A stretch of DNA of 64,000 bases from Moniliella sp. 'wahieum' (taxonomy: Eukaryota): assembly GCA_003971905.1 (NCBI GenBank), contig RSEE01000075.1:62001-126000 (forward strand), read 5' to 3'. Positions 14,501 through 26,506 of the stretch are shown here, one piece after another. The stretch's first letter is position 1; each line of letters begins with the position of its first letter. The notes under the pieces are model-generated. The model ran no database searches. It was not told the DNA's origin and was given only the letters and a program-made list of their open reading frames with translations. Both the position numbers and the translations under genes were made by a program.

Positions 14501-16225
14501 GATGCAGCGAGTGGAAGAGGTACGAGAGAAAGGCAACCGTCTGCACCGTCTTTCCCAACCCCATCTCATCCGCCAAAATCCCATTCTGGTTCTCGCGCCA
14601 CAGATAGGCAAGCCAGTTGAGACCGGTCATCTGGAACTCCTTCAGCTGCCCTCCCACGTTGATGTACTCGGGTTGCTCGGTCATGCGCGCGTACTTGGGT
14701 CGACCCCTGAGGTACACAGTGCTGTTGGCTGGCACGCGGGCCGACTGGGCACGGGCAACGTACGCTTCGATGGCCGGCTTGGCGGTATCAGGAAGTGAAT
14801 GGGACGACTCCCAGGTCGCTTGGTCGTAGGGCAGTTCACACCACTTGCACAGGTACTGCAGATCGTCTCTTCCGCCATTGTCGGGCGAGCGCTTGATCAC
14901 ACGTTCCGACACAATCCGGTCCACTTGCTCGTACCGCTCCACCAACTCTTTCCGCCGTTCCTTCTCGATCGCCAACGCTTCCACGTCCTCGCGTGTCGCG
15001 TGGGATTGGCCAGAAGGGCCTTCTCGTACTCAAACGTTTGCTTGATAAAGTTGTCCACCTTCTTAATCCCAAGACACGTGTCGCGTACAAAGGCGTAGGT
15101 CTCCTCTGTGTTGTGCAGGTGCGAGTAGCCTTTCCATTTGATGGTAAAGACCATGTTGGTCTTAGGGTCGTCCTCCGGCTCGTCCACTTGGCGAAGCAGA
15201 ATCAATCTCAAATGTTAGAGAAGCCGATGTGGGGACAAGAAAAAGAGAGAGAAGCGGGGAGGAGAAGACAGAGAACAAAAGAAGAAGAAGAAGAAGACTT
15301 ACGCTTGGTATCATCACGAGCAATCGCCAGGACTTGATCAACAACAAACTCCGGCTGAACCCCGTCTTGTCCTTGACCCTGCTGCTGCTGTTGCCTCTTC
15401 TGCACGTCCACATGGTCTTCGAACGGGTCCGAGTCGGAACCAGCAAGGTGGGAAAATCGTCTTTGTAATTCGGCAAAGGTTTGCCGTTGCGAGAAGAAAA
15501 GCGCATCACCTCCTCCTCCGCCTCCACTTCGCTCCCACCACGAGACCGGACCGCCTTGCTCGCTCCACGGCCACGGCCGCGCTTGACTACCGTCGATTTG
15601 GGTTGGCTAGGACGACCGACCCGTTTGGTCGGTTTCCGCCGACCTGCAGGCCGGACCGCCTCTTCTTCTTCCTCCTCTTCCTCAAAGTCCACGTCGGCCT
15701 CCACATCCACATCCGTATCCATATCCATATCCATATCCTCCTCCCCCTCCTCCAGGTCGGCCTGGGACAAACGCACATCGGCATCCCGCGCATCATCGTA
15801 CCCCTCCTCGTCCGAGTGGGGAATGTACGATCGCTTAGTTGCTCGCCCCGACCGGCGGAGACCGTACAGGTCCGGATCTGCTTCCGCCGCATCAATCTCG
15901 TCGCCACCCACACGGTGGGCGCTGCCGCGGATCCTGCCTGCTGCGCAGGGGCCGAGGCCGCGAGGGGTGAGACGTGGTTATCCAGGGGAGGGAAGCGGTG
16001 GGTGTGGGTGGAGGCGGTGGCTGAGGGCGAGGAGAGCGAGATGTGGCTACGAGGGGGAGGGGAGCGGTGGGGGTGGACGGGGACGGGGACGGGGGCGGAG
16101 GGTGAGGGCGAGGCGGAGGGCGAGGTGGAAGGCGAGGGCGAGGGCAAGGGCGAGGGCGAGGCAGAGGGCGAGGAATCGCTCACAGTCCGCTCGGCGTCCG
16201 TGTCGCTGGCGGACGGTACGTACAT
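10755..16225 (-). CDS. CHD1: Chromodomain-helicase-DNA-binding protein 1 (SNF2-family remodeller); introns 11416-11543 and 15187-15302; several frameshifts; 3' end approximate
   Basis: [13 protein letters not shown]-terminal motif, tandem chromodomains ([28 protein letters not shown]), [52 protein letters not shown]-like region ([17 protein letters not shown]), C-terminal CHCT-like helices. Confidence 0.95.
11487..11537. repeat. (GA)n microsatellite in the last CHD1 intron
   Basis: Directly visible ~50-bp GA run preceded by a poly-G tract. Confidence 0.9.
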
Positions 16226-19200
16226 GCTGGGAAGATGGAGATGGGTAGTGGCGATGGCAGTCGTGATGGTAGTGGTGATGGTAGTAGCGATGGTAGTGGC
16301 GATGCTAATAGTGATGGTGGTGGGGATGGTGGTGGGGATGGTGGTGGCGGTGCTGGGTGGTGTGGGCGGTGCGGGTGATGGGCGCGAGGGCGAAGAGGGT
16401 GCGGGCGACGGAGTGCGAAGGGGCGGAATTGAGGTTCCGGGGCAGGCGAGTGAAACCAACCACGCCAAGCAACCCACTGTACTGAAGTGTTCGTTCTGCT
16501 CGTCTGTCTGTCTGGGGAGCACAACTGCCAGAGGAATGAAGCGCACGATGGGGTGGATATCTGTAGGTGATCATTCTGGTGCGCCCCCCCACGCGCCTCA
16601 CCTGTGCGGCTGGGCCGGGTGGGCCGCCACGTGCGGCGTGAGCGACAAGGGCGGCACGAGCGACGAAACCGACGCCGACGCCGCACCGGGCACCACGCCG
16701 ACCGTCAGCGGCGTCAGCGGCCGCTCGGGCTCCAGCAAGAGAAAGTGCGACGCCAAGAGCGAATCTGGATGGGGACCAAGAGGGACACCAAGATGGACAC
16801 CAAGGTGGGAATCGAGGTCCTGCGACTGCTGCGACTGCGACGGCGACGGCGACGGCGAGGGCAAGGGCGAGGGCGCACGGCCACTGGGGCGGTGGCTTTG
16901 GTCCCGCGTGCCCTCGCGCAGCGGAGGCGAGAGTAAGCTGGATGCGGACCGCACCCCGCGCGGACCCAAGCCCAAGCCCCGCGAGCTCAGTGCGTTCCTC
17001 TCCCCCCGAGAGCCAGGACGACGTTCCCCCGAAGGCTTCCCCGGTTGCGCTGACGGCTCCGTGTCAGCAGTAGAGCTAGTGCCCTGTGCGCCGCCATGGG
17101 AGGACCAGGCCGAGGGGCCCCGGCCCCGGCTGCGCTGCCAAGCCTGCTTGAGCCGCGAACTGGCACTTCGTCCGAGCGACGCCCCCAAGGGCGAAACGGA
17201 GCGCGTGCCAGCACCAGTCCCAGTCCCAGCACCAGCACCAGCACCGGTGGTAGTAGCGCAAGTGGTATGAGGTGGGGGATGAGGAGAGGGCGAGGGCGAG
17301 GGCGAGGGCGAGGGAGAAGGAGAGGCAGAGCAAGAGGTAGAATGTGCCGCGTGCGACGTCTCTTGGACCGACCAGGCCGATCGGTGGTTCGACCCCATTG
17401 GCTTTTGCACTGCCATTTGCATTGCCATTGGCGTCTGGGTGTGGGTGGGGGTGTGGGTGTGGGACGCGGCTCGTGAACTGCTCGTCCGTCGTAAACTCGT
17501 CGAGCGACGAACGAACCCCAACACTCCTCCTCCTCCTCCTCCTGCCCCTGCTTCGGCAGCTCCCTTTACCGGTGCGCTCGGCGCACCCAGGCCCAGCACG
17601 GTCGACGACGCAGTGTGCGCCGCCGCGGCACCCGTCGTACCGGCCCGAGGCGGATGGAGGCGAGACGCATGAGCCCGCGCTGTTGCAGAAGCGCGCGAGA
17701 CGTCCAGGTCCTCACCGACGCCAGCCGAGGCGCTCCTGGTACCTGTACCAGCACTGCCATCGGGATCCCGATTGGAAGGTAGAGGAAGAGGCAGAGGTGG
17801 TGCATCGGTATCCCGCTTAGGAGGCGCATCGGTATCCCGCTTAGCAGGCGCATCGGTACCGCTTAGGAGGCGCACCGGGATGTTGATTAGGATTGGGATT
17901 GGGAGGGGGGTCGATGGGGGCGCGCGGAAGGTACGGCTACGCTCGCGCGCCGAGGGCAGCGCAGCGCGTTTGAGTGCGCCCAAAGCGTGACGGATCGAAT
18001 GCGTTCGGACCGGCACCGAATCCTCCCCGTCCCGATCCTTCTCCCTAATGCCCTTGTTGTTGTCCCTGTCCCTGCTGTTGTCCCTGCTGTTGTCCCTGCT
18101 GTTGTCCCTGTTGTCGCTACAGTCCCTGGTGGGGTCGCTGTACCAGCTAACCCCGTTCGAGGGGTACTGCTGCTGCTGCGGAGGCGGCGGGTGGTGGTGG
18201 GAGGGTTGCCAGGTGGGCACAGAAGCTGGGTGAGCGAAGTTGGGATCCGGTATGCTCCGCTCCGCTTGCCATGGCAATGGGAATTGCGTTGGACGTGGCG
18301 ATGGCGATAGCGATGGCGATGGCGATTGCGTGGGACGTGGCGGTGGGGAAAAACGTGGCTCAGGCGAGTGGGTTAGTGTCGCGGGAGGAGGAAGAGGATG
18401 GCCCGTGGTAGCCAACGTCGACGGGCGCAGGGGGAGGACAAGAGCTGCCCCAGCCGACCCCGAAACCGAAACCGAGGCCGAAGCCGAGCCTAGAGGCGCC
18501 CAGGAGGCCAGGGGGGACGAGCGGGCAGAAGCGGGGGGCGAAGCGAGCGCGACGCGCTCCGTTGGTCGTAATCGTAACCGGCTACCGACGCGCGTGCCAA
18601 ATGAGTCCGGGTGTGGGGTAGGGTGAGAGGTTTGGTGAGGGTACGCGCCAGCGGAGAGGGAGTAGGTGTGACCTACTTCGCGCAGCGGGGCTGTGGGGAG
18701 TGGGCGGGGGACGCGAAGGAGGAAGCGGAAGGGGGGGGGACCAGGGTGTGCGCAGGGCCAGAGCGGGGGCATGGGGCAACGAGGCTGAGGCACGTACGTG
18801 CGTAGGACGCGAAAAGTTGATGGCGGAGGAAAAGCTGCCGGTCGAAGGGGACGGTCCGGGGTGGAGGAGCCCGAGGTGGAGTGCGAGTGCGAGTGCGAGT
18901 GCGAGGGGGAATAGGAGTGCGAGTGCGAGTAGGAGTGGGAGTGGGCGTGGGAATAGTGTGGGTGTGGGTGCGAGTGCGACGTGGAGTGCGACGGGGACGA
19001 TGTGGGTGGAGGAGGGTGGCGCAGAGGGACAAAGGCGCTAGGCGGCGTGTGGGCCGGAGACGAGCTCGGCATGCGGATCGAGCAAGAGGCAGGCAGAGGC
19101 AGAGGCGGAGCGTACACCGGCGTGCGGTCCGCTGGCCTGCCCGGGGCGGTCGCTTCCTCTTCCTCTAAGATAAGTGCGCCAATGGGAGGGGTGGGCGTGC

Positions 19201-20102
19201 CCTGCGGCGTGGCATACACCGAAGGCCGAGGCGAGTAAATCGAACCGACAATCGTCTGCCGGTTGGAGTTGGACGCGTTCGAGAAGGTAGAAGCAGTGCG
19301 CGAATGCGATTGGGACTGGGACTGGGACTGGGACTGGGACTGGGACTGGGACTGGGACTGCAACTGGGCAGGACTCGGCGGCGGCAACACGCCTACACCA
19401 AATGGGTAGGGGGGGCTGACCGTCGCAGAAGACGAGGCTGGAGAGCCCACGGCGCTTGTGCCAGGCTGGAGATCCAGGTCCAGGTCCAGGTCCAGGTCCA
19501 GGTCCACTTGCGCCTCCGCCAACCCACCGCCCCGAGGGAAGCGAAACCGGTTGGGAAACAAGTGGAGGAACAGGTGGAGGAACCGGTGGAGGAACAGGTT
19601 GGAAAGCCAAGGGCGGGGGGCGAACTGGGTGGGGGTAGTGGGGCGACTGGGCCCGAGTGGGCTGGGGATACTCGCGATCACGACGAATATCCGCATTGGG
19701 ATCGGGAGGGCCAGGCGCGGGTCGGAGCCGGTCATCGGCCTCGGGCACGCGGGCACGGGCCGCGTCCGACCCCGAAGCCGACCCCGACGCCGAAGCGGAA
19801 GCGGAAGCTGAGGCCGAAGCCGATGCGGAAGCGCACGTGGAAGCAAGGGAGGACGTGTCGGAGGAAAGGGCTAGATCGGGCGGGGGAGCAAGGAAAAAGC
19901 GACCTTGACGTTTGGCCTGGGGGTGGACGTGGACGGTCGCGCGGGTCGGGGGGGACGAGGGTGGTGGAGGCCACCGACACGGACGAAGGCGAGGGCGAGG
20001 GCGAGGGCGGGGCGGGGGAAAGAGCAGGACGGGACGAGGTAGTGGAGCCAGCTGGGAACGAGCACCGGGACCTAGGAGAGGCCGAGGGCGACTGTTCCCC
20101 CT

Positions 20103-21494
20103 TGTTGACTGTGATCCTCTGGCTCCCAGTCGGTAGACCAGGTTCGCCTCGGTTCCATCGGCTTCCACGCTGACGTCCCTGCGTGTCACTGTCCCTGTGC
20201 CCTGCACTCTCTCCTGTGTGACTCACTGTCCCTGTGCCTAGTCCAGCCTCCTATATAGATGCCTCTGTACCCAGACCCAACTCTGGCTCCAATCCATCAC
20301 CTTCTCCTCATCCTTCTGCCCGTCCGGCTCCCTAGGCCAACAGAGCTACAATCTGATCCCCCCGGAAGGGGAGCGCTCTTCAAGCAAGCCCACCCCCAAG
20401 CCTACAAGCCCAAGCTAAGCCGCCAAGCCCACAAGACACACCGTCCTCCCGCCCAACAACACCACCGCCACAATCGGCACCTTACCGCCACAATCGGCAT
20501 ACTACCGCCACAATCGGCATACTACCGCCACAATCGGCACACTCGTCCCCCACAGATGGGGCAATGATTTTTAGGGACAACACACGACGGAACAAAACGT
20601 GTCGGGTATCGTCAACGAGACGAAATTCCTCCAACGACAAAACGGCGCAGGCGAATCGCAGAAAGCGGGGGTGGCTGCTCATCAAGTGCCCCACCCACGG
20701 CTACACGCCCCGGATTGCCAATTCATCCGGGGCACCTGGGAAAGGATGGGGGGGGTGGTCACCCAACTTCTTCCACTCCTCTTTTTCAACAACAAAGAGA
20801 ACCCAAACAGATCAAGACGGTTGACGCATAGCGCCCGTTCATTTCCCATGCCCAATGGACCCCACTGGCACCAGGCATGCGGAACCAAACAACTACCAAA
20901 CGCATCCAATTTGATGCCAAACGACCTTGGACCGCATTTACTCCAAGTTTCCAATTTTCTTTCACTACACCTATAACTGGTGCTTTTTACTTTTGCCCAC
21001 CAAATCGCTTCGGGGCGCAACCCTACTACTTTTACTTCTAAGACTTCTACAAGCATCTGGCGGTCGCACAATACACCAACCACAAGCGCTCGGCTCGTTC
21101 AGGTGTCATCCTGGACAGCGGGGGTGTAGGCCAGTCGTGTGGCCATGCACAACTCCAGGCCATTCGTCCCGGTTGCCACTCAAGTCCTCCCCTCTCTACA
21201 TCCACTGGCAGGAGCTCATCCCACAACCGATGTCTCCGGGTTCCCTGGCCAGCGGGGGTGTTGACTGTGATCCTCTGGCTCCCAGTCGGTAGACCAGGTT
21301 CGCCTCGGTTCCATCGGCTTCCACGCTGACGTCCCTGCGTGTCACTGTCCCTGTGCCCTGCACTCTCTCCTGTGTGACTCACTGTCCCTGTGCCTAGTCC
21401 AGCCTCCTATATAGATGCCTCTGTACCCAGACCCAACTCTGGCTCCAATCCATCACCTTCTCCTCATCTGCCCGTCCGGCTCCCTAGGCCAACA
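20103..21494 (+). mobile_element. Non-autonomous LTR retrotransposon (TRIM-like), 1392 bp; LTRs 20103-20342 (240 bp) and 21259-21494 (236 bp); 5-bp TSD CCCCT
   Basis: Two direct repeats TGTTG...CAACA differing by one 4-bp indel; CCCCT at 20098-20102 and 21495-21499; PPT CAGCGGGGG before the 3' LTR; 916-bp interior with no recognisable retroelement protein motif. Confidence 0.93.
20461..20540 (+). repeat. 4 x 20-bp tandem repeat (ACTACCGCCACAATCGGCAY) in the TRIM leader
   Basis: Directly visible; CCGCCACAATCGGCA core identical in all four copies. Confidence 0.9.
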
Positions 21495-22201
21495 CCCCTC
21501 TTGGTCCCAGTCTTCGTCGGCTTCGCCGTCGGCCGGAACCTCGGACCAGGTGCCACCCTGGGGCACGATGACTGGATACGAGGCATGTGGCTGCCGGAAA
21601 TGTGCTGGACACGCAGCTCCGACGGCACGTCCGCCTCCTCGCCCATGGCGGGGGAGGTGGGCGCGGGCATAAAGTACACGGAGGGGATGGGCTGGCGGCG
21701 GCTGCGGCGGTGGCTCCGGGCGGCGGGGCATGCAGACGCGGGGTGGGGCGCGATACGCTGCGCCAGCGGCGCACATGCGCATGGGGGAGGGCGGTGCGGG
21801 GCTGGCGAGGAGGGAGAGCAGGCCGCCTGCGCGGGCCGAGGCGGCGTGGAGGAGGCGTGCATGCGGCGCAGCCTCTGCCGGGGAGGTGGAGGTGGAGGTG
21901 GAGGTGGAGATGGAGGTGGTGGTGGTGGTGGTGGTGGTGGTGGTGGTGGGATGGAGGTGGAGGTGAGGATGGTGTTGGAGGTGGAGGTGGGATGGTGTTG
22001 GAGGTGGAGGTGGTGGTGGGGATGGTGTTGGTGGTGGTGGTGGCCATCGGGCAATCACCTGGAGGTGACTACTTGCTGGTTCCTGCTTGGCCCGCGTGAA
22101 ATTGCAGCAGCAGGCACACTGCCCCGCTGCGTGCTGCGCGTGCTGCGCGTGCTGGGTTGGGCTCAGTGTGCGCTGCGATCGGCTTACACGTCTTCTACGG
22201 C

Positions 22202-23209
22202 CTATCTTCGCCATGTTCGGGGTTCTCGCATCGCTTCTTCGCCTCGCTCACGCCGCCACAAACGGCTGCCCCAGCTGGCGCACACAATCTCCTCCGCCCG
22301 CTCCACCGACCAGATCTTCCCCACCGTCTCCGTCACCGCCACAAACCCATGCACCGTGTCGCCACGCAGCATGCCGTCAGGTAGCCGCTCACCGACGTAT
22401 CCAGTGCCTCCACGCCTTGGTCCGGCGTTAAGATGCGGATCTTGCCCGTTGCCTCCGTCCCAATCTCTGTCGTCTCGCCCGTATGCGCAGTGAGCAGACG
22501 CTGCTTGCACACCTCGGACGCCCTGCACTCGTCCGACGCCACAAACCGCGTCCCGGCAAACACACCCGCCGCCCCGGCCGCCTGCACCTGCCTCGCATCC
22601 GCCTCGTCTACGATGCCCCCGGCAGCCAACACGGGAATGCTCAGCGCGCCACTGAGTTCTTCCACCACCGCCACGGTCGAGCGCGGATCGGCACTGATCA
22701 CCCCGGCCCCTCTCGGCCCGTCGCAACGTCACGTCTACCCGGCCGCCTGTGCCGCGCGCGCCTTGGCCAGCGACGGCGTCACGTCCCGATACAGCACGGT
22801 GATGCCCGCCTGGTGGAACTGGTCAATGGCACGTTGGTGCACTGGCGCCGGGTCCTGCGCAACAAGGATAACTGCCGCCCACAGCTTCTTCCACCAATAC
22901 TTGACGCATCGCTTCGGAAAACGACCCGTGTGCGGCGCTCGGCCGGGCGAGGAGCAATGTAGTTCCCGGCAAACGGGCGGGACGTGAGCTTCCGCACCGC
23001 ATGCACTTGCTCCCGAAACGATTCTTTTGCCTTGTCCACTTCCCGCTCCGTCTCCCACTGACCCGCACACGGACCTAGCGCTCCTAGCCCCCCCGCTTCA
23101 CTCACCGCTGCCACCAGGCTGGGATCGGTAAGCCAGACCATCGGCGCTTGCACCACGGGTACGTGATCCCGAGCAGCGTCGTCACTGCTTCCGTTGATGA
23201 CTTTGACAT
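22202..23209 (-). CDS. Nitronate monooxygenase / FabK-like FMN oxidoreductase (2-nitropropane dioxygenase family), intronless, frameshifted; stop approximate
   Basis: MSKSSTEAVTTLLGITYP/VVQAPMVWLTDPSLVAAVSEAGGLGALG, IPVLAAGGIVD, GVFAGTRFVASDEC; TATAAA on the minus strand at 23289-23294. Confidence 0.85.
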
Positions 23210-24779
23210 CTGGATCGTCTCTGGGGGGAAGGGGGGAAGGGAGAGGGTTAAGGAGAGAGGAGAGACGGAAAGCAGACACTGGTGCTGATTTATACCCTCG
23301 ATACCCTTCCCCGGGTAAACTCAAATCAAAATGGGGCCAGTACTCAGTCTGAGGACTCAATCCGAGGTACTAGTTACTCACTGCCTACGGAGATCTGCGA
23401 CTGATGACTTACACACAGAGGAAAAAGGTCGCCCGCTTACCGAATGGGATGTGCGTATGCGTGTGAATTGCATGTGACATGTGAATATTGATAGGGACGA
23501 GTACGGACGAGGCACGGCAAAAGCCACACGCCTCTCACGCTGCCCCCGCTGCAAGTCCGTCGGCATCGGGCGTACATCGAGTCATCCCTCCGGTATGGAT
23601 GAGATCTGAGAGATGCGACATGCGTCAAGTACATGGACATGTGAGATCGGACAGAAGGGAGCCCCCTGTAGCGCACACGCTGAAGCAGGAAGCGGGAAGT
23701 GGCGCCGTGGCTGACGGTGACCGGTGACTTGTGACAATACCTGTGACATGGGACGGGACATGGGACCAAGCAAGACAAAAGCACGCAAGGCAGAGAACCG
23801 AAAGGCAAGCAAAAAGGCAACACCAACGCGGTGGACACTTGGTACTTAGCACTTACGTCCGTTGTGTGCCGTAACTAGTACTCAGGACTCGAGAGCATGC
23901 TGGTTGCTGGTTCGACGTTCGACGTTCAAGCCTCACCAGCCTTACCCGCCTCATCGTGTGCCCCTCGCGTTCGTTCCCGCTGGGCTGGACCTGCGACTGG
24001 GACCTACCACTTTGGGGAACGCCGGACGCCCATCATTGCACATGGCTTGCATGACTAGTCTGCAGTCAAAGCATCGAGCATCGAGCATCCCCTGGTACCG
24101 TATGTGCATGAGCATGAGCCATGAGCGAGCGGAAGCGAGCGGAGCATGCTCATGACTCGGATTTCGGCGGTTCGCACCCAAGCTGCCATCCGATGGACGA
24201 TGGACGATGGATGATCCCACACGGCGGACAAGAAACCAGCGGGGGCACTAGCTACGGGCTACTAGCTACTCTGAGATCTGACTCTAGCTGGAGCTAGTTC
24301 CTAGGGACCCGAGACGAGTGTACCTTCCCCTTCCATGCCAGGGACATTACTAGATACTAGATACTTGTTCGTCCATGGCGGCTGTCCATCGGTGGCACGG
24401 CACGGCACGGCACGGCGCCGTGCAGACACGAGATGACGACATGTTGCGTCTGTGGATTGGTTGTTGCCTGACGGCGGGCAGGAGGACGCGATGGTGCCTC
24501 CACCGTAAGCATGGGCTGGCAGTAGATAGGAAGTGGCCACCGAGGGAGGGCGGATGGTGGCGATGGCGGTGGCGGTGGTGGGGATGGGAGTGGGAGTGGG
24601 AGTGGGAGTGGGCGACACAGACTGCGTTTTTGCGTTTTTGGTTGCTAGGCTGCTGCAGGGCGGAATAGGGGCGTGCTTCCGCCGAGGCAACCAACGCGGG
24701 CAGGCCAATTGCCTGCCTGCCACCCGCAGAAAACAAGAAACAAGAACCAAGCCCAACCACCACCACCACCACCACCACC

Positions 24780-26506
24780 ATGTCCGCGCCTCTGACCGTG
24801 GCGGCGACCCCATCGACGCCCACACCCACGCCCACGCCAACGCCCACGCCAACGCCCACGCCACCGCCAACGCCTACGCTTCGCGCCGACGATCGCGCCG
24901 GCCACACTCGCGTTCCTCGCGCTCGCGCTCGCGCTCCCCCCTGCCCGCGCTCCCTCGCCCGCCCGGCGCGACTACCTTCGTGACCGGTACGACGAGGCGT
25001 ATGCACACCACTCTTCCCGCGAGCGTGAGCGTGACCGCGAGCGGGAGCGGTCTCCGCCCCGCGCGTCCTCGGCCAAGCCCCCACCGCCGCCGACCTTGCC
25101 CTGGCCCCGTGGCAGACCCAGTCGTCTTACCCCGACTACGAGCGCCGCTCGGTCCTCTGCACCCACCTGCCTCCGCCCGCCACGGCGCGTGATCTGGGCG
25201 AGTTCTTTGAGGCCCACCTGGGCGCTGGGACCGTGCTGGACGTGGCGATTGTCACGTCCAAATCCCGCGATGCTGTCCTGTACGTTGCTCTCTTCTCTCC
25301 TCCTCCCCGTTCTCCCCCTTTCTCGCCCTTGTCTGCGGCGCTGGCCCTGTGCGTGGTGGACTGACGTGTGTGTGTATGTGCATGTGCATGTGTGTTAACG
25401 ACGCGTAGCGGTGGGTTTGTAGAGCTGTCGCATCCCAAGCTGGTACCCAAGGCACTCAGCTTAGCTGGCCACGACTTTTTTGGCATTCCAATTCGTGTCC
25501 AGCCTACCGAGGCCGCCCGTCTCGCGCCTTCCACCGATCCGACCTCCTCGCCCTCCCCACACCTTCCTCTGTCGTCGCTCCCGCCGCGCCGCACACGGAC
25601 CACTTCCCGCCCGACACGCCCAATCGCCCCGCTCCCGCTCTTGCGTCTTCTGCCTCTGCCTCTGCTCCGGCTCCCGGTGCTCCTTCAATCGGCACGGCGC
25701 CCGTCCCCGCCCTGCCCCCGGGGGTGGCGCGCTGTCGACCCCCGCACCCCGTCGCCGCCCACGCCCCGCTCCCCGCATCCTACCCCGGCCCGAACGGCAA
25801 CATCTCCGCGCGTCTGTACGTGGGGAGCTTGGCGTACGAAGCGAGTGCAGCGGAGTCCAAGTCCTGTTTGAGCGGTACGGCGAGGTGGAAAATGTGGATC
25901 TACACCGTGAGTCCGAGACGGGCAAAAGTAAAGGATTTTGTTTTGTCCAGTACCGCCAACCTGAATCCGCGTCCCAAGCTCTCCTCCATCTCAATGGCGC
26001 AGAGTTGCGCGGAAGAGCTATCAAGGTAGGTAGAGTCACTGTCCCGGGATCGGGAAGTCGGCCTGGCTTGGCGTATGGTTCAGCTCGGCCTGCGCTCGCG
26101 GCTCTCCCTCCTGGTGCTCCTGGGGCTCATGTGGCTCCTGGGGTGGCTGGCACGTTCCCAGCACAAGACCAGGGCGGGGGAGCGTCGGCGCCCGGGCCGG
26201 ATGGGGAAACGCAAGCCTCTCCGGCGCTCTTGTTGAAGCACATGTTTGATCCGGCAGAGGAGGAGGAACCCGAATGGGACGTGGACATGGCGCGGCGTAC
26301 GACAAGAGTGCGAAGCCCAGTACGGCCCCGTGGTGGACATTTGGGTCGACAAGACGTCCCAGGGCGACGTGTACGTTCGGTTTTCCGATCTGGCGGGCGC
26401 AGCGCGCGCACGCACAGGTCTGGACGGTCGCTTGTTTGGCGGGAATTATATTCAAGCTCACCCCATCCCGTTGGCTACGTTCTTGGCGCACGCAAGGTCT
26501 CACTAG
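24780..26506 (+). CDS. RBM39/RBM23 (CC1/Rsd1-like) splicing factor: RS region, two RRMs, C-terminal UHM; intron 25280-25408; frameshifts
   Basis: RS repeats; RLYVGSL and ETGKSKGFCFVQY RRM motifs; LLLKHMFDPAEEEEPEW...ECEAQYGPVVDIWVDKTSQGDVYVRF...LDGRLFGG UHM. Confidence 0.88.

Larger units (their letters stand above)
16598..22054 (-). pseudogene. Long low-complexity Ser/Pro/His-rich protein gene interrupted by an LTR element at 20103-21494; start approximate
   Basis: 1082-aa ORF 16598-19846 plus upstream ORFs; removing the element and one TSD copy joins ...EADEDWDQEG (ORF 21453-22214 frame) to EQSPSASPRSR... (ORF 19732-20226 frame) in frame. Confidence 0.55.

Noticed and set aside
15603..17270. 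555-aa + strand ORF and many similar long antisense ORFs across 1-46 kb
   Set aside because: Shadow frames of GC-rich, repeat-rich genes on the opposite strand; no motifs
20564..21292. Short ORFs inside the TRIM as gag/pol remnants
   Set aside because: No recognisable Gag, PR, IN or RT motif apart from the terminal GQRGC codons
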